This document shows, piece after piece, positions 40,701-53,042 of a stretch of DNA of 64,000 bases. Source of the stretch: Trichoplax adhaerens (taxonomy: Eukaryota > Animalia > Placozoa); assembly GCF_000150275.1 (NCBI RefSeq), contig NW_002060948.1, positions 434,001-498,000 of the forward strand, written 5' to 3'. Both the position numbers and the translations under genes were made by a program. A model generated the notes under the pieces. It was not told the DNA's origin, did no database searches, and saw only the letters and a list, made by a program, of their open reading frames with translations. The first letter of the stretch is position 1, and every line of letters begins with the position of its first letter.

Positions 40701-43546
40701 ATTTAAAGGAAAGAAACTATTAAGCAATGCTAAATTCAAGTATAAATTACATAGTAGTTAGGGGATGTACGATAATTTTATGATCTAATCTCTCATCTGA
40801 TTTGAGTATCTATGTACTATATACCTTGGTAAAACAATTGGAAAGCTTTGGATGGAAGTTTAGTGGGCCCCTAAGTACTGCTTCTTACATTATGGGTACA
40901 TGTTCCGGAAGACAGTAACATAGATTCACCACAACCAACCAAGGCCGTAAGTTGATATTAGTAACCAGTTAGCGTAGCTGCTTTGACAGGTTTACCATAT
41001 TGACTAAAATGCTATAGGCAAATAGCAGTCTAGCTGTCAGTCTCCTCAAGACGGTTGTATGAATCGGTACGACTACGACACGCCGACAATATAATACTGT
41101 CTGTATATATTTAATTTACACATTACTACTTGAAAGTTAGATTCAATACACAAAATGTCAATGTATTATCGTTTACTATGGCGATACTGCTCTATCCAAC
41201 ACGCTACTACACAACGAATTATATCTTGAGAAACAAATAAGCCTTATTGCATTCGTGGTGTCCAAAATCAATTACTGACTAAAATGACGAGCAAGCGGGC
41301 GGAGTTAATACCTATTCTAGTGTGACCTATCTACTTAATTCTTAATTCTAAAGCATTTATAATTTGTTGTTGTTTCTAAAGTAGGCAATAAGGTGCTACA
41401 CCACATGAATACTTCTGCTTACGTAAACAGTATGCCTTAAGAAAAATTACTACGCACTTTGCACTAAAAATGGCCGTAATCTCAAATCACTAATTACATT
41501 TGTACGACTTTGTACAAAATATGTTCTGCTTATATAAGTATGCAGAATAAATGCGTAGGTATAGTACTATACTGTACAGTACTGTAAAGATATCGTTGAT
41601 TGTATGCATTAGCTGGGTAGAGTTCCAGAGATATTATGCAAATTTAGCTTTATCAAAAGATTGGAATCAGATATTTGAAAACTTCATCAATGATATCAGT
41701 ACTGTTGTTTACGTCTTATAAATGCGATATAATAACTATAAGTATCTATGCAAAGCAATAAAAGCTAGCCAAACTGTAATTAATTGCACCTACAGTAGCT
41801 GTCCTCCTAGTTCAGCTTGTAAAAGATTGACACTAATAACGTAGAGCAAAATACTGTAGATAAACCAGTGCAGCATACTGATGCGGTATTCGCTAAGACC
41901 ATAATAGATACGTTGATACTAGCAAAATAGCACGGTGCTGAAAATTCGTGTAATTGTTATTTATGCTTTTAGCATGCCGTAATAATTTATTTAGCTATTT
42001 CCCAGCAAAAAGAAAAAATACTGTAAATATAATATATAAATACCGGTATCACGGCGATACTAAATGCACAATCTGTGCGATGACTTGTACGGCAATATTG
42101 AAAATTTGGGCGTTGGAAGCGTTTGAAGTTGTGTTCAAGACACTGACAAAGTTTGATTCATCCTACAGAAATTACAGAAATGTAGCACCTACCTAACTCT
42201 AAACATGCACTAACTTGTTACGAAAGCAAATGTAAATTATGAAATAGTTTACGTAAATAATGCCGATATAATTGATAAACAGATGAAAAAATATTTTAAT
42301 AGAATTAGTCAATGTGAAAACTCGAAATTTGGTAGCGAGCTTTACTAAGCTGCTTACGCTGTCCAATAATGTAATATAGCTTGACTCCATTTTAAAGTTA
42401 TCTCTCAAGTAGGAGTTAAGACTGTTGTCATTAGCTCGTTGCTGTACAACATTAATCACAAAACTGCGAACTACAATTATTAACGCCTACAAGTGTACGG
42501 CATAATCCAATTATAGTTTATATAGTTAGTTTGTATAATATTGTAGCGAGCATCTCCACAGAGGACGCATTGTACAGTATAGCTACCATTACGTCATGAA
42601 AGTCCAATTCTTTGCGATTAGAATTTAGAATCCAGAAATGCAATGGCAAAAGAATGCCAGTCAAATTGCAATAATTATGTCGTGTTGCTGTTGTCACAAT
42701 GCCAAGTCTCGCGTACATGTTCATGCATGCTTATTTCGAATTGGCCAATGATACGCCAATGCATTCATTCTTGTAATGGGCGGTACTGCATCACACTAGG
42801 TAATATTCAGCATTCTCCGTGTTACTAATAAATAATTCATGATACTCGACCATTGTACATTATATTATTACAACGGACGTGAACTCCGTATTCCTGAGCG
42901 ACAGAGGATACGTGCCCTTGCTAAGCATTCCACCACATTTAACCTGTAGTCCAAAACATTTACACCTGCTTCAACTCTGCAAGTGTAGAACCTTGATCTC
43001 CTGTATCGGTTTTTATTCTACTGTACTGTACTATGCTGTACAGTACAGTACTGTATGTTTGAATCATGCTAATGTGCTGGTACCGGTAGATTAGATCCGT
43101 ATTGGAGTGGTTGGGGAATCTAAAATGGACACTGTAGAGTGGAGATTGTAGAGAAAGTAGGTCCCTACTGTTGAGTAAGACTAGTCCAAGAAAGAAAGAA
43201 AAATGTGCAGTATTGTACAGTAATGAGTCAATTTATATATGTATCAATACAAGACTAACGTGAGCCAGTGAACAATGCTGACTGTAAAATAAATGGAGTA
43301 ATTGGAGTCTCGTTGGAGACTGCAATGTACATATTGACTAAAGCCGGCAGACAGAAGGAGGAACCTACAAATTTATCAAGATTTCCGACTGTCTTGTTGC
43401 CCAATTTCATACGTTTTAGAAGGATGTGAATAATGCATCCAGTAGTATCCAATACTGAATAGGAAAAGGATGGATGTATTGATGGCGATTGAGTTGATAC
43501 AGTATTAGCGCTATTAGTTGATCCATTTGCGATTGAATTTTTTTCA

Positions 43547-43620
43547 TGCAATGGTACTAGTACCGGTACTGGTACCGTTGCAAACAAAGGGCACTAGACT
43601 GCAATGGTACTAGTACCATT
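43547..43620. repeat. Palindrome cluster
   Basis: 36-bp near-palindrome TGCAATGGTACTAGTACCGGTACTGGTACCGTTGCA (43547-43582) and perfect AATGGTACTAGTACCATT ending at 43620. Confidence 0.8.
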
Positions 43621-43978
43621 ACGAAATTATACTTGATTTTTCCCATCAATGCTGTTGACTAGCCCGTGATACTGTATCAAATAAAGAGCAGTAGTCCATA
43701 AGCATACTGATACGATGGACACTCAGTCCAGCTGTACTAGGGGACATGCTCAATACTGTACTGTACTGTAGAATCTTGGCTGTACAATACTGTGTACTGT
43801 ACTAGATACAGTACGTCGATTGTAGCGATAAAGTATTGGTCCAATGATAACAATGAAGAAGTGAGATAAAACGTTGGTTGGTTGATACGTTGGTTGCTGT
43901 GCTGAAGCGACGAAAACGATCGTGACTGTGATGAAGGCTTGCGAGTCAAGTGCATCATTGAATTCTTAGTCGACAATT

Positions 43979-44119
43979 GAAAACGTCTTCCATTGCATAA
44001 ATTCAAAGTAGAGCAGTAACACTGTCTATTTTCTTGTTCTTTTAGCTAGAAAATGTCTTCCATTGCATAAATTCAAAGTAGAGTAGTAACACTGTCTACT
44101 TTCTTGTTCTTTTACCTAG
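43979..44119 (+). repeat. 70-bp tandem duplication
   Basis: GAAAA(C/T)GTCTTCCATTGCATAAATTCAAAGTAGAG...TTCTTGTTCTTTTA occurs twice. Confidence 0.95.
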
Positions 44120-45857
44120 TTGGATTGGATGGAATGAAATAGTTTAAACCACTGGTGAAAACTGAAAGAAAGAACCATCTAAAAAGAGTCATTGCCATCC
44201 TAATGCTTTTCCCTCTTTGGCTTGTGACTGGCCAACTTGCATACCACAACGACACAAGTTGTGATACAACGCTTCAATGATGGTCAAAGGTAATGGACAA
44301 TTCAATGGTGACACGTTGTAGAATTGACTTTGCAAGCCAACCAAATGTTGTAAATATATTTCAGTCATCTATCAATGTCCATTGAATAGGATTGGGTTGG
44401 GGGATTATGTTGTCCATCTTTGGACTGAAAAGGAACTAGGATATAGATCTCCTGAGTAACTCTATCTTTAACGTGATTGTACTCTACTCTACTCTACTCT
44501 ACAGTCGAAAGAAAGAAGCTTTTTACTCGACTACTTAGTAGGAGTACCAAGTAAGATCGACTATCCATTTTGAAAGACTAGTCTCTACTAAATTAGACCA
44601 CCTATTTGGCTACCATTCAAAGAATGTATTGATTGAAATGTCATGAGCGTAAAGCTTTCCTTTGACATTACAGTATTATTAATTAAAGCTTATTGATTGT
44701 TGATTACTACATTGTCCACTAGAGAATTCTTGACTTCTTTAAAAGTGTTAGAAACTGCAATTTTTCTTCTATAATTGAATGCTACCTATACACGAGTAAT
44801 GGAAAGGAATGCACATTTATAAAAGACCAATCATCGTCTATGTATGATTGCACAATTCGCCAAAGTAGAGGACAATAAATATCGACTTTGCATAAGGATT
44901 CATGCTCTGCCTATCCAATGGTCTTATTTTTCTAGTTGTACCTACGTATTCTACTGTAGAGTTGAGTAACCATGATTTCTCATCGAAATTTTTAGGCAAT
45001 GGTGTGACTGTAGTGGACTTTACAGTATGCTTTTCCATTCAATAACGACAGTACGGTACTGTATTGTATTACAACAATTGGCTAGTATATCCATTGGAAT
45101 AGCAGTACAGTAGTCCGAAAGAAAAGATAAATTAACAATCTTCATCAATATTAGTCCTCTACGGATTATTGGTGCGATATGGTTAGACAGTCAGCTACTG
45201 GTACCCATCGCAATTTTCTTTTCTTTTCATCTGCTTTATTCGTCATGCCACTCCAACATACTGCTTTAGTGTAATAGCATGTTGTTACGAATTCTTTGGA
45301 CAAGCAATGGAAATACTATATCAACGATACCGTACCTGTATTACAATTTCATAGATGTTAATAACTGGTAGTAATGAATTCATTTTGTTACTATACTCTA
45401 CCCATTTCTCGAAATACAAGTATACCTTACCAGTTTTTTTTGTAGTATTACTGTTGTTGATATCTTCCATCAGACATTTTACTTATGCCTATCTGATAGC
45501 ATTATTTGTACGTTTGATCAATCTCGTTATTCGCTTCGACCTACTACTGTACATAGTTTACTACTAATAATAATAGTTATATATTGTAGTAATTGAAAAT
45601 ATGTTTATCGCACAGGGTTTGTATGAATAACAAACTTGCAGAGCACTGTATCATTAACCAATACTACAACATCTATATCTCTCCTTAAGCATTATGTCGT
45701 AGATTATTACTAATAAATTTATTCATCCATGATTGTATAATAATAATAATTAATGAAAGTAAATTCTCATTCGTAGCTGGATATGATACTCCAAATTTCA
45801 TTACTAATTCTACATTTTTTATTATTCTAGTGAACGACTTCTTTGAATAGATTTAAA

Positions 45858-48800
45858 ATGAAACGAAGGTAGGGTTAGAACTAGTTTAACGCGAGACTGA
45901 TAATTACATATGTAATGCATACTTGCAAAAGTTACATTAACTTTTACCAGTCATATATGATCTGTTGTATTCTACAATACTTCAGTTTATGTATCAGAGA
46001 CACTCCTGCAAGTAGCAACACATTGAATATTATTTCTAGTGTAAAAGATCGAAGTAGCTTGCGACTGTTGTTGCTAGCGTGCTTATTGCTCTGAAGTAAG
46101 ATATATTGTATTTATTACTGTACTGTACCATTTGCATGCAAGGCTTTATCAACTCAAAATACAAATCATATGACAATTATTACACTACCGTATAACACTT
46201 ACACAATAGTATCATTAATGTACAGTATAGTGGCTAGGATATAGTCGGTAAAGTTAAGAAATAAATAATAAATGTAGTCAAACTTATAATTACAATTTGA
46301 TCCATATTCTCTCAACGTATAATTCTATACATCGTTATATCTCTTAATATTTTTACTGTATACTCTATAGAATAATATAATCACTTCTTTATGGAAAATT
46401 AAAAACTTTTAAAACTAAATTTGCTATAATTTTTTCCCAACAGCTTCGCGAACACAAGTCATAGCGACCCGGGTTCGACCAGCAGTGGTAGCCTTAGTGG
46501 CAGTGATAGTAATCCTAAAAAATGCAAATATTGCTCTAGTAGCAGCTCTGGTTCTCCTAAGAAGGAAAGCAACAATGTTTACTATGGAGAATTAGTTGTT
46601 ATTGGGTTAGTTAATTATTTTCTGGAATTTCGATTTCGTAATTAAGTAATGACTTCACTGGTAAAAGTATAGTAATGATACCCAGCATTAGTACAATATG
46701 CTTATGCTAGTGTTCATTTGTAACCAGTCAAAGTATGTATAACATCTGCCTTAATTAATAATTTTTATAACTATATTATACTGACCATTACCTTGATATC
46801 CCTTCAATCTCTTTTTACACCGTCTTGCATTACGTACGCTTTTAAGCACTCGGTCAGTAATAAAATTTTATAAAACATAGTCTGTTATTATACATGTGGC
46901 AGTTAGATACAGGGAATCTAAAGAAAGATATTAAAATCTTTATGTAGTATCTACAGTATTTTAAAATACAAACTGAACTATAAAATAATAGTTGTACATC
47001 GGAACTGATAATACTACTAATAATACTACTAATAATACTAATAATAATACTAATAATAATACTAATAATACTATAATAATACTAATAATACTATAATAAT
47101 ACTAATAATGCTACTAATAATACTTTATGCGTTAATTATAGATATAACGGCAAACTGCCAACAGGTAACTGTGGAAAACTTCGAAGTAAATTTGAATTAA
47201 AGAAAAGAAAGATTGCCAATTCTGTTAAAGCTTCTGTGAAGTATACAATAAAAGCTGAAGTTGATAAGGTAATACTATACTACCAATCAGGTGTGATTGA
47301 TTTGTTGGACAATCTCGATTTATACGAGCTCTTGTAACCAAAATTATATCGCAATACTGTGGTTGTAATAACGCTGCTAACATGGTCGACATAAAATAAA
47401 TTTATAGAGGATATATGATCGTAGCGTTTATTGTGTCCGATACGGCCATTTTTCTGCGGTGACCTACGAATTCGATGAAGACATGGATATGTATCAGGTA
47501 CGACAATTAATTACTGACGTACTAAAGACATGCAGTTTGATTAATTGACAACAATGGCTGGATTTTCTCTCAATTGATATGCACTACAGTAAAACTTCAG
47601 CTTATCCCACGCAATTGACACTAAAACCTTCACTCTTTAGATTGGTAGAGCTTGCGACGATTTCGTAGATTTTCAAGTCTTAGATACAGTACCCGGAGCT
47701 GAAACGGCTTTAGAACAGACTGCTCTGACACATAGTACGGTATCTCGTTATGCAGCACGTATTGTATGTAGTAGACATCCGCCTTATAGAGCCCGTCTTC
47801 TAGCTGGAGCTTTTGATCACAATCGGAATATTATTTTAGGCGTAAGTAGCATCTTTAAGAAAACTTTATTAAACTGTTTAACAATACCTGAATCATTCGT
47901 ATTGTAGAATGCAACTTGTGCTCAGAAAATTTCTGATAATGCTTGCGATATGGATGGATTTACTAGAAACGGAGTTTTACTGTTACATCCGAAAAATGGC
48001 TTTACTGCAGGTTCGGTTCCTGTTTGGCGTGAAATATCTGTTTGTGGTAAGGTATATAAAATAAAGGATTCTCGTGGTGTTTATGAATCGGAGCAGCTGA
48101 GAACTGAGGTAAGCTTATATAACGTAAATCTAACTTGCTTATTTGAAATAACTACCTTCATTATCGTTAATATTCATGCACAACATACTCTTCAAGTTAT
48201 ATAATACTGGTATGTTATAATGTTGTAGCTTACAGTCGCAGAGAATATTCACAATGACAGCAACTACTGTACATATTTCTAGATGCTAAAAATTCTATTG
48301 CTGATAATGATCAATTTAGATAACCAATGAATCGAACATTTTAACTGATGGCTGCTTAATTGATCTCTGTGGTGTCACTCTAATGTGGCGTTCAGGCTAC
48401 GGCAAACACGAACCTCCTGTAAATAGTAACTTATTACGAGTTTGACCCAAGTTCAGATAAATTGTGCTATCATTGTAGCGCTAATATATGGATATATATC
48501 TATACGATATTTTTTCGATATAGACAAAGTCCGTCCTTGATCAAGTGAAGCTTCAAATCAGTGAAATGCATGATGCACAAGGTTCACAGCCACCTCCTTC
48601 TCTTCCTACAGTCTCAGGATCGAAGGTAAGATTATCCACATTACTGCATTTATTTCTGTATTAATTCCAACCTATTCATACTATCTGTTACTTCCAAAAT
48701 ACACTAACCTAATTTATTAACTATAATTTCTTTTTCTAGCCCGGTGAAAAGACGATGATGTTTGTTAATACCGAGTGCGGTCATATTCAGGGTCATTATA

Positions 48801-49293
48801 CTTGGCATGCCGATCAAAATCGGAAACCCCTAGAGGAACGAATGAAAAATTGTTTTCACTGCAAAATTGTACGTAAAGTAGTGGTATTATTACATAGAAG
48901 ATATTAGCTTCATTAATTAGTAAATTCGAATAATATTTTACAACTTGTTCTAATATACTTTTATCCCCTTGAACGGTTATAATAGAAAGGACCCTTTGTA
49001 CCTGTTAGATTCGGATTAGAACCTTTGATCCATCAGGATTTTTCTTCACCAACTCATGTATTCTCTCCTTGTGGACATGCTATTGCTGAACAAACGGCTA
49101 GGTTCGAATAATTGTAATAGTATAATGTATTCTTGATTACAGAGTGATTGTATCGTCTTCATCTTCTAATAGGTATTGGGCTAATATTACAATCCCACAT
49201 GGTAGTAAAAGTTTTAAATCGATATGCCCTTTCTGTGGAGTTTCTTTATGTGGCTATGGTTTTGTCCGTATGATCTTTGTTGACGACAAATAG
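45858..49293 (+). CDS. PELI: Pellino E3 ubiquitin ligase (FHA plus RING-like), multi-exon
   Basis: YYGELVVIGYNGKLPTG, DMDMYQIGRA, VDFQVLDT, STVSRYAARIVCSR, AGAFD, MDGFTRNGVLLLHP, WREISVCG, NILTDGCLIDLCGVTLMWRS, CGH...CFHC...CGH...YWANITIPHG...CPFC; stop TAG 49291-49293. Start at 45858 (MKR S|FANT) inferred from phase-compatible splicing. Confidence 0.95.
47008..47123. repeat. (AATAATACT)n-type microsatellite in a Pellino intron
   Basis: Directly visible imperfect AAT/ACT repeats. Confidence 0.95.
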
Positions 49294-50344
49294 ACTTTGA
49301 ACATTTTAAAAAAATTTTATTATGATGCCATTTTTATTGCATAGTACTTATTCATTACTCATTGATTATTTATATGTAGTTCAGATCGATCATTATTGCT
49401 TTTGCATGGTGGTTTGTAAGACTAGAATATAATACGCATATCTTAAGATGAAGTATATTATACAACTGAATGATAACATTTTGCTATACGTGACATGTCT
49501 CTGCAAATCTTTATAATTTTGGTTAGCTTGTTCGTACCTGATTTAATCAGTAGCCAGAACGTTTAATATTTAAAATTGTGATTGACTTCGAAATTAATGT
49601 GTTTCTGAAGGCATATTCTTTACCTTAGAAATATTAATATTTATATATATACATATATATAATTTTTGGAAGTAATCAAATCGAAATTTTTTGAGGACTT
49701 TTGCTGATATTGAATATTATCTTGAATTTTAGTCAGTATAAGGTTGAAATTTATGCGGTGTATTAATTTAATACAAATTGTAAATATATCAGTATCTCTC
49801 TGAAATTAATTAGGCGTTCTAGACAAATCCGTATTATATTTGCTAACTTGTAATACCCAGTACTGTATCAAATAAACGTTTTATTGAGATAGTAAATGAT
49901 TTACTTGTCCGTATTTAATTTATCAGATTTTATCACTTTCTTTGGCTGTTAAGAAATGGTTTTAGATCCTAAAGTAAATTTATTTTATTATCGTCATTCC
50001 CTTTGAGTATTGCTTCATCAGCTAAAAATCTTCAAATTACGTATATAACTATATACGCATATACTGAATATGTAAATTATGAATGCAATGTTTATATAAA
50101 CATGCATTGTACTGTATAATGTACTGTACAGTACATATTAGGATATGTTAGGGTAGTTTTGGCATTAGAAGTCATTTGCATTTTTTACATTGCCCGTTTG
50201 GTATACATGGCCTGTATCACATACATACTATATCATATATTGCTATCATTTTTCGTAAACTGTTGGTAGAATGGTTAAATGATGAAAGTTAAAGTTATTT
50301 ACGTTGTATACTACGGCTTGAAGCTTTTGGTGAAATTAATTCAT

Positions 50345-52507
50345 CACGGACACAAGATATGGTACAATATACGTCATGCGAAAACAAGATGAGTTGTATG
50401 TAACAGTTAAGTTGTACAACACATCTGAAGTTCACATGTAGCACCTTATACTTGACAGTCATAATCACTAGACACTTCTAAAGTCTAATAATTTGTAGCT
50501 GCGCAGACAGGCAGATATTGAAACGAAAATGCTTGGAGTTTATCAAGGTGTTTCTTTTTCTATGATTTTTAATGTGATCGTTGAATACTTCCAAAATGCC
50601 AGTACTTTTATTATCTGCACTTCTTTCTGCCTCTACTGGTATAAATTATTTAAAGGGTTTGATAATTTGACATTTAATCACCAAAGTATTTAATAATTGA
50701 TAGATATTTATCGATATCATATGCGACGTATAATACTTATACTGAAGAGAACAAGTATTACATGGAGATAAGATATTACGTTAATTTTATAGTTAGCACA
50801 ATGTAATGGTATCTTATTACATATTTTCTAATTAACATGAGCGTAGACAAGTAAAACAATTTTAATTCAAAGCTTACATTAACTTAAAAACAAAATGAAT
50901 ATTTACCATATCTTTGATTCTAAGAGGTTCAGATAGAAAGATTATAACGTTGTAATATTTTGTATATTATAATTTTTGAAATGTATAATGTAATCTTTTC
51001 CAAATATTCTATACTAGGATAATGCGAATAGCTAGTTTTCACGCTGCGAATATCATGATTTGATATCATTTTACTACATATTATATATATAAATTATCAA
51101 TAAATCCGCTTGGTACCTCTTGAGTAACCATTTCGCTGATTTACATCATAAGTAGTTTGCATGTTATCATTATGGTATCGCTGTGATGCATTTTTAACAA
51201 AAGTGAACTAAAAAACATATTCATAATGACATATTAATTTGAAACTATTCAATTATATGATACTGATATATGAAAGAATAGTACATTAATAATTATTAAC
51301 TTTAAATCACACTTTATTACTAAGTATGATTCTGCATCCACAATTTAAAAAGCTAAGTTATAGCTCATTTTTGATAACGTTGAAATTATGCCCAATTATG
51401 TCCTCTTTTCATGCTAATGTATAAGTACAACCAATAATACGGTGAGTATGATGGCATTAATGATGACAATTGGCACGATGTACTTTGCGTATCATCTGAA
51501 AATAGTTAAAATACAAGTTTTGGTTAATACTGTTGCCAGGAATATACGTACAAATATAGTATCAACATTAAATAAAAACTTACGTGAACTCACTCCAGAA
51601 ATATTGCCAACGGCTTAACTGATTATCCTTGACTTCAGTACCTAGAACAAGGAATAGATCAGTAAAAATAAATACATTCGTATTATCACAAGGTAATGTT
51701 ATTATGAATACGTAAATTTATTTTCGTTAGTATATGCGCATTGTAATACCATGGGTTTATGCTAAATGTAACCGGATTAATGATAGTAAATGGACTGCTC
51801 TTTAAAACTACTAGTCATATTTGTGTTATTTGACAATCGTTGAATCCATCGAGTTTTCATTGTCGGCAGTCTAGTCCAGTGGGCATTTAAGACTATGCTC
51901 TTTCTTCCGAGTCTAAGCGTAGAAGTATCTATATATTGTATGAGATATCTACTCCAGATGTAAGAGCGCTACTTCTACGAGGATTTTGTACCCCTTTCCG
52001 TCAATTAGTAATTGCTGTTATAGAAAACTATTCGATCAAATATAATTTAACTAATACGCAGTATACAAGTATTACATGCATCGATATTCTACAGTAGGAT
52101 CACAGGAATAATCCATTAACTAACATATAGTAGTAAGAACGAGATAAACAAACGATAAAAGAGTTGAATTGCTAGCGTTTAATCCTAGAATTTATGCTAC
52201 TTCTGAAGGATGTTATGCTATGATGAGATAGCATGCACTCTATTACACCTTCTGCCATCTTGATTTTGAACATACGTATGTATAGGCGTACAATCCCTTC
52301 AATACACTTTACTGTAAGCGATTAATTTGCTAGTATGCTGGACATCAACAGATAGTTAACATTACATCTATATCTTATAATGGATACGGCTAATATACGA
52401 TAACTTATCTGTTATACAGTAGTTAGTTCTATTCATTTTAGATATATACCAGAATTTTCTTCCACATCTCTTGATTCTATCAGAATATGTGTCTTTTCAT
52501 TAGCCAT
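50345..52507 (-). pseudogene. Possible disabled spliced gene (membrane protein with Cys-rich tail)
   Basis: Phase-compatible exon-like pieces: MANEKTHILIESRDVEENS (52450-52507), GTEVKDNQLSRWQYFWSEFT, hydrophobic YIVPIVIINAIILTVLLVVLIH, RYHNDNMQ...GYSR|VEAERSAD...HRKRNT. Several in-frame stops and frameshifts. No family recognised. Confidence 0.3.
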
Positions 52508-53042
52508 CCGAAATTTAGACGATCTGTACAAAAGTATTGATTAATTCATTAATATCAAGTACTGTAGTAATTTCTGTATTGTTAGAATGTCCGATGGTTA
52601 AAAGTTCACAACTAAGTACCTACAGTAAAAGGTTTCTACCAAGCAAATTTACGCTTATGTAAGCAGAGGCAAATAAAATGGATGGATGGATTTACTTGTT
52701 TATTTATTGATTCAACTATCGCATCAGTACCGTCTATGTTGCACTAATTTCATACCGTGGTTAAGCTATTTTGATATTGTTTCTGATAGTATATAGCAAT
52801 ACTGTAATTTGATGATTTTCCACATACAGGACTGTAATTATTAGGGCTACCACTGTAACATTGCTTCAAAGTAGACGTACAGTATAGCCAATGCAACATC
52901 GATATCATTAGGGACTAGTCGGACTACCATACTACTCTTTCTTTTAGTACTGTAGTTTAGTGTCCCTGCTATGACTCAGCGACTCAATATAGTGGTGGAC
53001 TAGAAATCAACCTAAATTGTTCCTTGGACAACTTTGACAAGG

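Noticed and set aside
43255-43587. 110-aa minus-strand ORF
   Set aside because: Starts within a palindrome at a non-ATG codon and has no recognisable motif.
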